A stretch of DNA of 64,000 nt from Patescibacteria group bacterium (GCA_041742135.1 JBGSJG010000008.1:162902-226901), one strand, 5' to 3'; positions 49,399 through 59,067 are shown, numbered from the stretch's first letter. Program-made: numbers and translations. Notes: a model not told the origin generated them from the letters alone.

Positions 49399-50040
49399 TT
49401 AATTCACTTTAAAGCTTAATATGCTTTTGTAAGCTTCCCTGGGGTCAAGAGTTGCTCCACTGTCGCCGCCAGAGTAGTAGCCAAGTAAATAAACATTTTC
49501 GTTAGAGTCAAAAATAAAGCGAGTCTCGGTAGTGCCTGCGGGAAACTCCCAAGGCCGCGTGTTTTCAAATACTTTGGCGCGCCCAGAATTAAAGCTGACT
49601 TCATCTACTAATGTGTAGGTAAACCAGTCGCCAAGATCAGGAACATCACCAGAAGCCAGATTCACACTATCGCCGATATTTGTAAGTGCAATAAGCTTAT
49701 TGAATTGCTCCGCATTGTAGTTGTATACATCGCCAAGAGCATCTCTCTTGTCCGGAGTTACTACAGATACATAAATAAAATTGGTTGGCCCTGCTCCAAG
49801 AGGCTGTTCTTTGGGATAAAAAAGCTTTGAATAATCTGACTGTTTTTCAGAAGTCATCGAGTTGGGAATATATATTTCATAGCCAAAATCAGGATCGGTA
49901 TAATTTGGCTCCAGTTCAGAAGAAGCACTAGAAGGCTCGGGGCTTGGCGGCGTGCTAGGCGTTGTCGGCTTGGTAACAAAAAATACCACTAGTACCAACA
50001 AAGCCACAGCTCCCAGAATTACGACAATAATCTTATTCAC
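49399..50040 (-). CDS. Membrane-anchored exported protein (PsbP-like fold possible)
   Basis: N-terminal TM, Pro/Ser linker, YTDPDFGYEIYIP...ILSFK; TGT-TATAAT 6 nt before GTG. Confidence 0.6.
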   Translation of the reverse strand: MNKIIVVILGAVALLVLVVFFVTKPTTPSTPPSPEPSSASSELEPNYTDPDFGYEIYIPNSMTSEKQSDYSKLFYPKEQPLGAGPTNFIYVSVVTPDKRDALGDVYNYNAEQFNKLIALTNIGDSVNLASGDVPDLGDWFTYTLVDEVSFNSGRAKVFENTRPWEFPAGTTETRFIFDSNENVYLLGYYSGGDSGATLDPREAYKSILSFKVN

Positions 50041-50072
50041 GAAAAAATTATAACATGAAAACGAGCGACATT

Positions 50073-50867
50073 TTAGTTATTTTCTGGTGATCTGAGGCTT
50101 TCAGCAAGGGCACGCCCAGTTTCATATCCAACCACATCTGTGCCATGGACACTCCCTTCGTGACGACATATGTTATATCTTAGTACTCTTGTCGCTTCCG
50201 GAATTGCCCACGACAAAGTGTCGATAGGTTTACCGCTTACTCTTCCGATCACCGAATCTATTTCCATTTGTCTTCCGGCTCCAACCAAACAAGCCTCCAA
50301 AAGATGATAGACATCACCTGCTGGATCCTTTGCAGTATATCGCGAGTTATACGCCATGCTTACAGACACGGCTTTTTGCCAAGCTTTCATCTGACGGGCA
50401 GTGACTGGAAAGGTAACTCTGGTGTCCTGGGCGCGCGCCATCTGTCTTGTTGCTGCTGCTAGTGTTATGAGAGCATTAGCAAAATTTCCGTCTGTTACTT
50501 CGAGTGCTGTTTCATAAAGACCTGCCACATTAACTGGCCCGTCTTTTGATTGTGCAAGAACACTTGAGACAAATGCGAGCGAAGCTTCCCGGTCAATATC
50601 AAAACCCAATGGAAGTCTGTGGAAATCAGTAAAACATGCTGCAAAAGCAAGTGCGCTTGTGCCAGATGGCATGTTGCCTATTTCACGAACTTTTGGATTG
50701 AGGCTTACCAAATCTTCAAATATTCGTTCTGGACTGATGCAATATTCAGAAGGCACGCCGGGGGAATCAGGTTTGATTACTTTTTGAAGTCTGTCTGGAT
50801 ATTTAATTTTTGCGCCATAAAGGATTGCGACAGGGGAAGTAACAAATCCTTCAAGTTCTTTCAGCAT
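50073..50867 (-). CDS. Hypothetical protein
   Basis: 264-aa ORF, no recognised family; contains DPAGDVYH. Confidence 0.55.
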   Translation of the reverse strand: MLKELEGFVTSPVAILYGAKIKYPDRLQKVIKPDSPGVPSEYCISPERIFEDLVSLNPKVREIGNMPSGTSALAFAACFTDFHRLPLGFDIDREASLAFVSSVLAQSKDGPVNVAGLYETALEVTDGNFANALITLAAATRQMARAQDTRVTFPVTARQMKAWQKAVSVSMAYNSRYTAKDPAGDVYHLLEACLVGAGRQMEIDSVIGRVSGKPIDTLSWAIPEATRVLRYNICRHEGSVHGTDVVGYETGRALAESLRSPENN

Positions 50868-50929
50868 TTTATTACAAACGCCAGATACCTATAGTGTACC
50901 ACTATGAACCCAGAAGAGTATAATTGGCC

Positions 50930-51442
50930 ATGAGCCTAGTTGATCGATTGGCAGAAATACGTGGTGGCTATAAAGTTGCAGTTTGCCGTAACTCGAGCTG
51001 TCAAGGCTGTGCTGATTTTGCCAATAAGCTTCGAAGTAGTGCAAGTGGCCAAGAAGCACTTGATATGCGGTTTCCAGAGGGAAGTTGTGTCCACGATCCT
51101 TTTTCTGATGTTGAGCATGGAGGTGTTCGTGTTTGCTTGCGCAAAAACAGGGCAACTGTTCCTTCAGCCGTGGCTGATGGGCAGATAGATTCATCAGGCA
51201 CCACCGTGGCTGCCCACATCGGAGTAATACGTGACCCAGAAGAGAGAGGGAAAGGGTATGGAAGGATCGTCGTGATGGCACTAGCCCACGAGCTTAAGCG
51301 TAGAGGAGTTGCCGAGGTATGCGCAGAGATCGATGCTGAAAATTCTGGATCTCAGAAAATGGCATTCGCACTTGGAGCAACTCAAGATCTCGATTGCGTT
51401 GTTGACGAAAAAGATGTCGTGCGTTTTTTAAGAAAGCTTTAA
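50930..51442 (+). CDS. GNAT family acetyltransferase with Cys-rich N-terminus
   Basis: Acetyl-CoA motif PEERGKGYG and ENSGSQKM..LG; N-terminal CxxxxCxxC..C. Confidence 0.7.
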   Translation: MSLVDRLAEIRGGYKVAVCRNSSCQGCADFANKLRSSASGQEALDMRFPEGSCVHDPFSDVEHGGVRVCLRKNRATVPSAVADGQIDSSGTTVAAHIGVIRDPEERGKGYGRIVVMALAHELKRRGVAEVCAEIDAENSGSQKMAFALGATQDLDCVVDEKDVVRFLRKL

Positions 51443-51472
51443 TCGGAGTCTCCAATATACTACAATGATTCT

Positions 51473-51877
51473 ATGAAACGAATACTTCGCATTATTGTAA
51501 TAGAACTTGCGGCTTTGTATCTTACAACCCAGATTGCTTCAGGACTCGTGTTTGCTAACCAGCTTGAGGGCATTTTAATTACTTCAGTGGCTTTGGGAAT
51601 TGCCATGCACCTACTCAAACCCATCATTAACTTATTGCTTCTTCCCATAAACTTGGCAACATTTGGACTATTTAAAATTGTGGGCCACGCTATTACTGTC
51701 TTTATTGTTGATGTGGCTCTGACGCAGTTTGAAGTTGCTGGTTTTAACTTTCCGGGCATGACAACCCAGCTTTTTGACCTACCACCAATTGTCCTTGAAA
51801 AAGGCCCGTTGTCGTACCTTGCGTTTGCAATTGTTATTTCTGCAATTACCGGAATTATTAACTGGCTTCGAAAGTAG
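51473..51877 (+). CDS. 4-TM holin-like membrane protein (YvlD/DUF360 type)
   Basis: LKPIINLLLLPINLATFGLF motif; TACAAT 6 nt before ATG. Confidence 0.75.
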   Translation: MKRILRIIVIELAALYLTTQIASGLVFANQLEGILITSVALGIAMHLLKPIINLLLLPINLATFGLFKIVGHAITVFIVDVALTQFEVAGFNFPGMTTQLFDLPPIVLEKGPLSYLAFAIVISAITGIINWLRK

Positions 51878-51898
51878 CTCTATAGTATAATGAGCCCG

Positions 51899-52111
51899 AT
51901 GCATAATTTTCTCTTATTTTTTCAAATTATTATTTCAATTTTATTAATTGCCGTTGTCCTTCTTCAGGTCAAAGGAACTGGTTTTGGTCGTGTGTGGGGC
52001 GGGCTTTCTACAAGTAGCACGCGCCGGGGCTTGGAGGGAGTTATTTTTAAATTCACCTTCGTTTTAGTGTTTCTATTCATTATAATTTCACTGATCTCTT
52101 TATTAAGCTAA
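51899..52111 (+). CDS. secG: Preprotein translocase subunit SecG
   Basis: VLLQVKGTGFG...TRRGLE, two TMs; ATG 51899 is 7 nt after TATAAT. Confidence 0.88.
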   Translation: MHNFLLFFQIIISILLIAVVLLQVKGTGFGRVWGGLSTSSTRRGLEGVIFKFTFVLVFLFIIISLISLLS

Positions 52112-53430
52112 TGCGCATTCGATTTCGCTATTGGTTCCGCCTGATTGGAGCTTTTTTGGTTCGTTTTCGAGTCGTTTTGTTTGCAAGTGTGGTTTTTGGC
52201 CTTCTTTTCTTCGCCTTTTTGACTTACATAATGCCTCGAGCTTTTTCATCTAGCACAGAGTATGTAGGAGTAACTGGCAGATACAGAACCGACGAGCTAC
52301 CTGTTTCGATATTAAGCTTGGTAGGGGAGGGACTAACTAAAATTTCAGAGGACGGATCAGTTGTGCCGGGCTTGGCCGAAAGCTGGGAGACAAGTGAAGA
52401 TGGAAAAGTGTGGACTTTTCACCTAGCGCTCGGGCGATCTTGGCACGACAAATCACCAGTGACCGCAAGCACTATTCAGTATTCTTATGAGGACACCACG
52501 ATTGAGCGACCAGACGAGAAGACGGTTCGATTCATATTAAATTCACCATTTTCCCCATTTGCAGCCGTGGTTTCTCGGCCAACATTTAAACGTGGGCTTT
52601 TGGGCACAGGTGAGTGGAAAGTAACAGCAGTGAAACTTGCGTCACAGTATGTCGAGCGCATTACTTTAAAAAATGACAAGAACCAAAAACGGATAATCCG
52701 CTTTTTCCCGACCGAGGAAGGTACAAAAAATGCCTACATGCTTGGCGAGATTGATACTATTGCGGATGCTATTGATCCTGCGCCATTTGACTCATGGGTT
52801 AATTCTGAAATTTACGAGCACGTTCGCCGTGACCGAATAGTTGCTGTATTTTTTAATAACGAAGCTGAAGCTTTTAAAGGCCCGGGAAATAAGCCTTTGC
52901 GCCAAGCTCTTTCCTATGCCATCGAAAAAAACCAGTTCAAAGGCCCGAGGGCTTTAGGGCCAATCTCCCCAGAATCATGGGCTTATAATCCGCTCGTCAA
53001 AGACTATGCATACGATCTTGAGCGAGCACGCGAGCTTGTAAAAGATATTTCTGGCGTTGAAATTAATCTAACCACCACGCCTTCACTATTGCCAGTTGCT
53101 GAGACAATCGCAAACTCATGGAAAGAAATCGGCGTCACCACTAATGTTCAAGTTGTTTCAGTGTTGCCTGAGGACTTCCAGGCGTTTTTGGCAATTTATG
53201 ATATTCCACGCGATCCAGATCAATATGCTTTTTGGCACACGACTCAAACTTCCACCAATATCTCAAATTATTCAAACCCCAGAATCGACAAACTTTTGGA
53301 AGATGGCCGAGTTACCTTGAATCAGGAAGAGCGCAAGAAAATTTACCTTGACTTCCAGCGCTTTTTATTAGAAGATGCTCCTGCGGTGTTTCTTTATCAT
53401 CCGATTAGCTTTGAGATACACCGGAAGTAA
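52111..53430 (+). CDS. Family 5 ABC solute-binding protein with N-terminal anchor
   Basis: PGLAESWETSEDGKVWTFHL, GTGEWK, LRQALSYAI, NISNYSNPRID. Confidence 0.85.
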   Translation: MRIRFRYWFRLIGAFLVRFRVVLFASVVFGLLFFAFLTYIMPRAFSSSTEYVGVTGRYRTDELPVSILSLVGEGLTKISEDGSVVPGLAESWETSEDGKVWTFHLALGRSWHDKSPVTASTIQYSYEDTTIERPDEKTVRFILNSPFSPFAAVVSRPTFKRGLLGTGEWKVTAVKLASQYVERITLKNDKNQKRIIRFFPTEEGTKNAYMLGEIDTIADAIDPAPFDSWVNSEIYEHVRRDRIVAVFFNNEAEAFKGPGNKPLRQALSYAIEKNQFKGPRALGPISPESWAYNPLVKDYAYDLERARELVKDISGVEINLTTTPSLLPVAETIANSWKEIGVTTNVQVVSVLPEDFQAFLAIYDIPRDPDQYAFWHTTQTSTNISNYSNPRIDKLLEDGRVTLNQEERKKIYLDFQRFLLEDAPAVFLYHPISFEIHRK

Positions 53431-53439
53431 TGTATCATT

Positions 53440-54111
53440 ATGAAAATGATTTATGCAGGTGTAGCGGTAATAATTGTGGTGGCAGCCGCTTTTTTGATGT
53501 TTCGCCAAAAGCCTAAAGCTAACTCGGAAGTCTCACAAGTGCCAACGCCGACACAAGAGGCGCAAAAAATCGAAGAAACCAAACCTATGACAGACTCAAA
53601 ATCTTTAGCCAAACCAGAAGTAACGCTTGATGCAACCAAAAGCTATTCTGCGGTTCTGCACACCACTGAAGGAGATATCACTGTTTCACTTAACACCACC
53701 CAAACTCCAATAACTGCAAATAATTTTGTTTATTTGGCCGAAAATAAATTTTATGACAACACTATTTTTCACCGCGTGATTGACGGCTTTATGATTCAAG
53801 GAGGAGATCCTACGGGAACTGGGACTGGAAGCCCTGGATACCGCTTTGACGATGAGCCTTTTTCGGGTGAGTACACCAAAGGAACAATTGCCATGGCCAA
53901 TTCAGGGCCAAACACAAATGGGTCACAATTTTTTATAATGCACGCGGATTATCCACTTCCAAAAAACTACGTAATTTTTGGCAAAGTGTCAGAAGGCCTT
54001 GAAGTGGTTGATAAAATCGCTACGGCACCTACCACAACCAGTATGGGTGGAGAAAACTCAAAACCAGTTAACCCAGTTACCATAAATTCAGTTGATATCA
54101 TCAAGCAGTAA
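53440..54111 (+). CDS. Membrane-anchored cyclophilin-type peptidyl-prolyl isomerase
   Basis: FHRVIDGFMIQGGDP, AMANSGPNTNGSQFF. Confidence 0.93.
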   Translation: MKMIYAGVAVIIVVAAAFLMFRQKPKANSEVSQVPTPTQEAQKIEETKPMTDSKSLAKPEVTLDATKSYSAVLHTTEGDITVSLNTTQTPITANNFVYLAENKFYDNTIFHRVIDGFMIQGGDPTGTGTGSPGYRFDDEPFSGEYTKGTIAMANSGPNTNGSQFFIMHADYPLPKNYVIFGKVSEGLEVVDKIATAPTTTSMGGENSKPVNPVTINSVDIIKQ

Positions 54112-54595
54112 TAAGTACTATATTGTCCGTCACGGCGAGACTTTCGCTTCACTAAATTCGGTTCCATATGGAGATCAGCAAGAAACTGCCGAGATTCTAC
54201 CAGAAGGGGTTCCAGCCATAAAGCGCTTGGCGGAGTACCTTAAAACTGTCCCCACGGATATAAATTACACATCCCGTTTTCTTCGGTGCTTGCAAACTTC
54301 TCAAGCAATAAACCAAATTACAGGGAAAGAATTTGAAAAACACAAACTATTAGGTGAATATGTAGAGCCAACGTTTGATGAGTTTAAAGAACGGATGCAG
54401 ACTTTGGTCACAGAGCTTGAGCAAGCCGAAAAGACGACCTATTTGTTGTGTACCCATGGTGGGATTATTTCAGCTCTTAAGCACCTATTAATTTTTGGCG
54501 AGTATGAAGAAAGTGATTTGATGGATTATCCGGTCCCTGGAACTTTAATGATTATCTCCAGCAGTGGAAGTGAAGTGATTAACTTCAATCAATAA
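54092..54595 (+). CDS. Histidine phosphatase family protein
   Basis: IVRHGET, SRFLRCLQT, LCTHGGII; start codon uncertain. Confidence 0.85.
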   Translation: MISSSSNKYYIVRHGETFASLNSVPYGDQQETAEILPEGVPAIKRLAEYLKTVPTDINYTSRFLRCLQTSQAINQITGKEFEKHKLLGEYVEPTFDEFKERMQTLVTELEQAEKTTYLLCTHGGIISALKHLLIFGEYEESDLMDYPVPGTLMIISSSGSEVINFNQ

Positions 54596-56417
54596 TTGTA
54601 AGCCTGGGAACAGGAAAATCTGCTTGACCACTTAAATCTTTAATATATTTCCCATTCGGAGAAAATTGTGGATTTTTAATAACTTCGTTTGCAAGCCAAA
54701 GCCAGCTTGCAGTATGGCTTACTGTAAACACATCTGGTGAAATGTTCTTGGCATTTTCACTAAGAATGCTATATAGCTTGTCGTTGGTCATCAACTCAAA
54801 AAGCTTATCAGCCACAGCCTTGGTGTCGCCGATTTTGATTACAAAGCCGTTAACTCCGTCTGTGACTTGGGTTGGCATTCCTCCCACGCCGTAAATAATT
54901 ACCGGCTTGCCTTTCATTAACCCTTCGGCGATTTTAAACTCAAATCCTTCGTGATGAGAAAGCTGGAGCATGATTTTGGACTGTCTGGCGATTGTGTTCA
55001 TTAGCTGATCGTTGTGAGGAAGGCGAAGGACTTTGATGTCATTTTTAATCTTTCTGAACCTCGGCGTATTTATTACTTTGTTTATGAAATCTAAGATGGG
55101 AATTCCGTCTGGGTCGTCAATAGATCCATTTCCTGCAATTACAAGCTGGGGAATGGGCAAATTGGTGTTTTGGTACTTTTTAACAAGAAGCCGATATGCT
55201 TCAAGTAAGTCTGGTATTCCTTTAGATGGGTCAAATCGTGCAATCTGGGTAATATATGGCCGATTAGGATCAAGCGGCGTCTGTTTAAAAGATACCAAAA
55301 AATCATTTAGTAGCCGCATGTAGTAACTTTTTTGCTCGTCAGTGAGTTCTTTGTTTAAGCCATCCAATGGGTCTGTGCAAGGAGGAGCAAACACAACTTT
55401 TGAATTTGGAACGTTTTTGGGAACAAAGCTTCGAACAGGATGGCTCACAAACACGTCGCAGCTCTTAACTTTATTCCAAACAAAGTCCCAAGAAATCTTT
55501 TGTGTGCTGCCTATTTTTGTGGCTAATTTCGCAATTAGCTCGATATGAGAGCGAAAGATGATTTTGGCTGTCGGATTAACTCTTTTTATATATGGGAATA
55601 AACCTGCAGGTTGAGGGTCATCGATAATGATTACATCATAGTCGGGAAAAATATCTTTCAACTCTTCTGCATTTTTAGCACTCCACTTGTCAAAATAATC
55701 CATCTCATCTTGGGACAGGGATTCTCCGTCGGGAGCAACATTTTGAAAAATATTGTGAAACTTGCGTTTGGTTATGTTAAAAGCTTCTTCGTCATCCTTT
55801 AAAATTATCCAGTCGGCGTTAACGCCAAGGAGTTTTAGTAGTCTCATATTTCCATGTCTCATGATGGCAACGCCTCCTCCTTGGGGAGTCGCACTGATAA
55901 ACGCTAGTTTCCTTCCTTTAAATTCCCTCGCCTGATCTAAAAGAAATCGAAACTCCAGTGGGTGCGTTATCGCCTCGTAGTCTGAAAGTGCCACTAAGGG
56001 CGGGCTGTAAACTCTGCCATAGCCATTGACCTTTGCAGCATGGGAATTATCTTCACCAAAACCTGCCTTGCCAACAATTGCTGCGGCTTTTGACATTTCT
56101 TTGGGAGTTGATTCATCTGGGGAAACTTGGATTGGAACAATGTCTAGTTTCAGCCAAAGTTTTCGATAGAGGGTTTTCCATTTGCCACCTGAAATCCCCA
56201 TGGAAATAATCTTTTTATTTTTATCTGAAGCGTAGTAGTGTAGCCACGAGATGAAACCTGCAGACGTATTTGAGGTACTTGGAAAAGACTCGCAGGTATC
56301 AACGCGGCCCTTTTTGTCCAAGATCGTAACTGTGAAACCTTGCTTTGAAAAATGAACACCGCCAAAAACTGGAGCGGGAAGCGATACCTTCGGCAAGTCG
56401 TTCTGGTCTATTGCCAT
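54585..56417 (-). CDS. GT4 trehalose phosphorylase/synthase, fungal-type architecture
   Basis: LWLKLDIVP N-domain, AFISATPQGGGVAIMRH, IIDDPQ, FRSHI, QIARFDPSKG, QLSHHEGFEFKIAE. Confidence 0.85.
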   Translation of the reverse strand: MAIDQNDLPKVSLPAPVFGGVHFSKQGFTVTILDKKGRVDTCESFPSTSNTSAGFISWLHYYASDKNKKIISMGISGGKWKTLYRKLWLKLDIVPIQVSPDESTPKEMSKAAAIVGKAGFGEDNSHAAKVNGYGRVYSPPLVALSDYEAITHPLEFRFLLDQAREFKGRKLAFISATPQGGGVAIMRHGNMRLLKLLGVNADWIILKDDEEAFNITKRKFHNIFQNVAPDGESLSQDEMDYFDKWSAKNAEELKDIFPDYDVIIIDDPQPAGLFPYIKRVNPTAKIIFRSHIELIAKLATKIGSTQKISWDFVWNKVKSCDVFVSHPVRSFVPKNVPNSKVVFAPPCTDPLDGLNKELTDEQKSYYMRLLNDFLVSFKQTPLDPNRPYITQIARFDPSKGIPDLLEAYRLLVKKYQNTNLPIPQLVIAGNGSIDDPDGIPILDFINKVINTPRFRKIKNDIKVLRLPHNDQLMNTIARQSKIMLQLSHHEGFEFKIAEGLMKGKPVIIYGVGGMPTQVTDGVNGFVIKIGDTKAVADKLFELMTNDKLYSILSENAKNISPDVFTVSHTASWLWLANEVIKNPQFSPNGKYIKDLSGQADFPVPRLTIID

Positions 56418-56494
56418 GAACCCAAATCATAAACTGATACTGTGCGTTTGTCTAGGAACTAGAATAAGGCAAGCCACAGTTGAACTTTACTAGT

Positions 56495-57700
56495 TTAAAT
56501 TTGGCTAAGCACCCTTTTAATTACTTGTATATTTTGGTCAAGATATGCTTGGCTTTCTAGCCATTTTTCTTCAATTAAGCCAAGATGACCTAGATTTCTA
56601 AAATATCGCTGAACTACCCAACTAGCGACTTTTGGTAGTGAGTCTAGTTCTTCTTTTGGGTTTCCAGAGCGAATAGTTGATTCCGGATTTTTATATCTCC
56701 CGCCCCACTCGAAATCAAAAAATCTCAAGTCTGCTGATGTGTCTTTGGAGATACTTCCAGATACCCAAGAGGTAAGAGGATGCGAGAACCCAGTGGCTTT
56801 AAGGGCGCTTACGATATTGATTGCCTGAGAAATTTCTATCTCAGATATAAGTCTGTGTAGTAAAGCGCTTTGCTGGCCCGTGAGTTTTTCCCGTCCCACC
56901 AGAAGAGCAAACAAATGGCTCGCTTCACCTGTGGTTAATCCAGCATTTTTGCAACAATCGCCAATTTGAGGGTTTTCGGTGCATTCGATCGCTAAGTTGT
57001 TTAGCCCAACAAAGAACTCGTCTTGCTCAATGGACTTTTTTGCTACTTCGTTCGGATCAGCAATTGTACTGGTAAGCCGCTGTCTTGCGCCACTAAGCCG
57101 AAAAAGAATTGCTAATTCATCCCCATTTAGTTTTACGCTATTTATGTTATCAATTATTGTACTGACATTAAAACGGCCTTGTCTCCAGTTATTTTCCATG
57201 AATTTTAAAATTTCTCTAGAATCTAAAATCACGTAACCCAGAGCTAGAGAGGCACGGACCCCATGCTTAAGTAGCGTGTTGCTGGTAGCTATGTCTGATG
57301 CGGCGTCAAAATCTCCAAAAAAACCTATGGGGTCGATATCTGACTCGACATACCGCGATCGGACGGCGTCAGCGTATTTTAAGCCAGAAACAAAACCTCC
57401 TTTAGCAGTAACCCAGTTTGCCCGCATCCCTGAGTACGAAACTGTATCGGGATTTAGAGTTGCTACTGGGACAGATCTTCCTTCGGAGGTGAGAGCATGC
57501 TTTATGGTAGAGTTATTTCTGCGTGTGTTACGAACACTCATTAGGCACGAGCCTTCAAGATATTCCGAGCTCGCAAAGTACCAGTTTTCCGGCGCCAAAA
57601 ACAATCTCGCATCAGTATTAACAACTGTTAGCTTGATCGCCTCGGGCGGCAAAGGCATGGTCGCCACCTCAATACCTCCATATTTTGTTCGCTCCCTCAT
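56495..57700 (-). CDS. Divergent SelO/YdiU-like pseudokinase-fold protein, paralog B
   Basis: SEGRS, VTAKGG, ELAILFRL, SKDTS..FFDFEW; collinear with the adjacent ORF. Confidence 0.55.
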   Translation of the reverse strand: MRERTKYGGIEVATMPLPPEAIKLTVVNTDARLFLAPENWYFASSEYLEGSCLMSVRNTRRNNSTIKHALTSEGRSVPVATLNPDTVSYSGMRANWVTAKGGFVSGLKYADAVRSRYVESDIDPIGFFGDFDAASDIATSNTLLKHGVRASLALGYVILDSREILKFMENNWRQGRFNVSTIIDNINSVKLNGDELAILFRLSGARQRLTSTIADPNEVAKKSIEQDEFFVGLNNLAIECTENPQIGDCCKNAGLTTGEASHLFALLVGREKLTGQQSALLHRLISEIEISQAINIVSALKATGFSHPLTSWVSGSISKDTSADLRFFDFEWGGRYKNPESTIRSGNPKEELDSLPKVASWVVQRYFRNLGHLGLIEEKWLESQAYLDQNIQVIKRVLSQI

Positions 57701-57703
57701 ATT

Positions 57704-58939
57704 TTAGGTGACTAGCTCTCGGGATAGCTTGGCAGCATAATAATCTTGATCTTCCTGTAGGCGATCGAAGCTTTCCTGGGAGATCGATAAAAGGCCTAAT
57801 CTTTGAAGGTTTGAAATAAACTCTTCCACCATGCTTTTGGTTAAAAAACTCACATCATCTTGTGAATCAAATATTCCAGTGTCAATGTCCGAACTTGAGT
57901 CTGGTTCTTTATGATCCGGGCCCCACTCTAAATCGTGCAAAACTAAATCCTTCGAAATATCTTTGCAGCCAAGCCAGCTCCCATAGTTACGGACAGGATA
58001 AGCAAAGCGTGAATCCTCCATGGTTTTGAATAAGACGATTCCTTGGGCTATTGAAATTTCCCAAACTAACCTATGTATGTCTAGTGTTTCCTGTAAGTCA
58101 AGCGCCTGCATTCTGGACAATTTGCCTAGAATTTCTTGTGCCTTTTTTGGCTCTAATCCTGCTTGTTCAATATATTTAGTAATTCTTGGGTTGGAATAAA
58201 CCTCGTTTTCTAAATTGCTAAGACCTAGTGCTAATTCATTTCTGTTGGCAGAATTTGCACTTAGATCGTCCCCGCGAGTTGACCCAGATGTTAATCTGTG
58301 TCGTGATCCTATTAGCCTAAATAAAATAGCAGGCTCGTCCCCGTATTGGCTAACTAATTCATATTGTTGTTTTATAACGGCTCTGTTTGCGTTTGCGTCA
58401 TTCCACATAGACTCCACAACACCTAAAATCGCTTCTTTGTTGAGTGTGACGTAGCCCAAGCCTAACGTTGCTCTTCCTCCCATTTCTAAAATCTTGTTAG
58501 TATGAAAGATGTCACTAGCCGCGTCAAAATCGCCAAATAAACCCAAAGGGTCTGCCTCGGGCCCCCGATAAAGCTTTGGCTCGCTTGAGAGCAAAAAATC
58601 CCGATAAGTGTCTCCTGCCATGCCGCCACCTTTAGCAGTTATGTAATTGGCATTGAGCCCAGAGTATTTAACGGGTGCTTTAAAGCGAGCGACCGGCAAA
58701 CTTCTTCCCTCACCGAGCAGCGAATGGATTCTTTCGTGTGATCCCGGCCTTGGTTCTACTGAAATTCTTGCAAGGCTTGACAGGTAATCGGGATCAAGCA
58801 AGGCGTGATTGCTGGCATCTAGGTATGCTCTTGCTTCATGGTTTACAACAATCTGGGAAATTGCATCGCGAGGCAGGGGAATGGTTGATACCTCAACGTA
58901 CCCCCTTTCAAATTTTGGCAATCTATCTATACCACACAT
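57704..58939 (-). CDS. Divergent SelO/YdiU-like pseudokinase-fold protein, paralog A
   Basis: LGEGRS, ITAKGGG, EPAILFRLIGSRHR, CKDIS..LHDLEWGP. Confidence 0.6.
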   Translation of the reverse strand: MCGIDRLPKFERGYVEVSTIPLPRDAISQIVVNHEARAYLDASNHALLDPDYLSSLARISVEPRPGSHERIHSLLGEGRSLPVARFKAPVKYSGLNANYITAKGGGMAGDTYRDFLLSSEPKLYRGPEADPLGLFGDFDAASDIFHTNKILEMGGRATLGLGYVTLNKEAILGVVESMWNDANANRAVIKQQYELVSQYGDEPAILFRLIGSRHRLTSGSTRGDDLSANSANRNELALGLSNLENEVYSNPRITKYIEQAGLEPKKAQEILGKLSRMQALDLQETLDIHRLVWEISIAQGIVLFKTMEDSRFAYPVRNYGSWLGCKDISKDLVLHDLEWGPDHKEPDSSSDIDTGIFDSQDDVSFLTKSMVEEFISNLQRLGLLSISQESFDRLQEDQDYYAAKLSRELVT

Positions 58940-59067
58940 AAATAGTGGTCGTTATTATAGCAATAGCGCGTAATTTATGCCATGATCAAGGACAAAACGG
59001 TTGTATCGGCATACTTGCTCCTAACATGGAATTGAATAATCGACTCAGGAGGATTAAAATACATTCT

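Noticed and set aside
51473-51877. Holin-like gene as evidence of a prophage
   Set aside because: Sits beside secG with no phage genes; this family is commonly chromosomal.
58945-59067. 41-residue N-terminal extension of the carbonic anhydrase-like ORF (and similar extensions on rplU, gatB, gatC, uvrB, ppsA)
   Set aside because: Longest-ORF artefacts; promoter position and family N-termini favour the downstream starts given.
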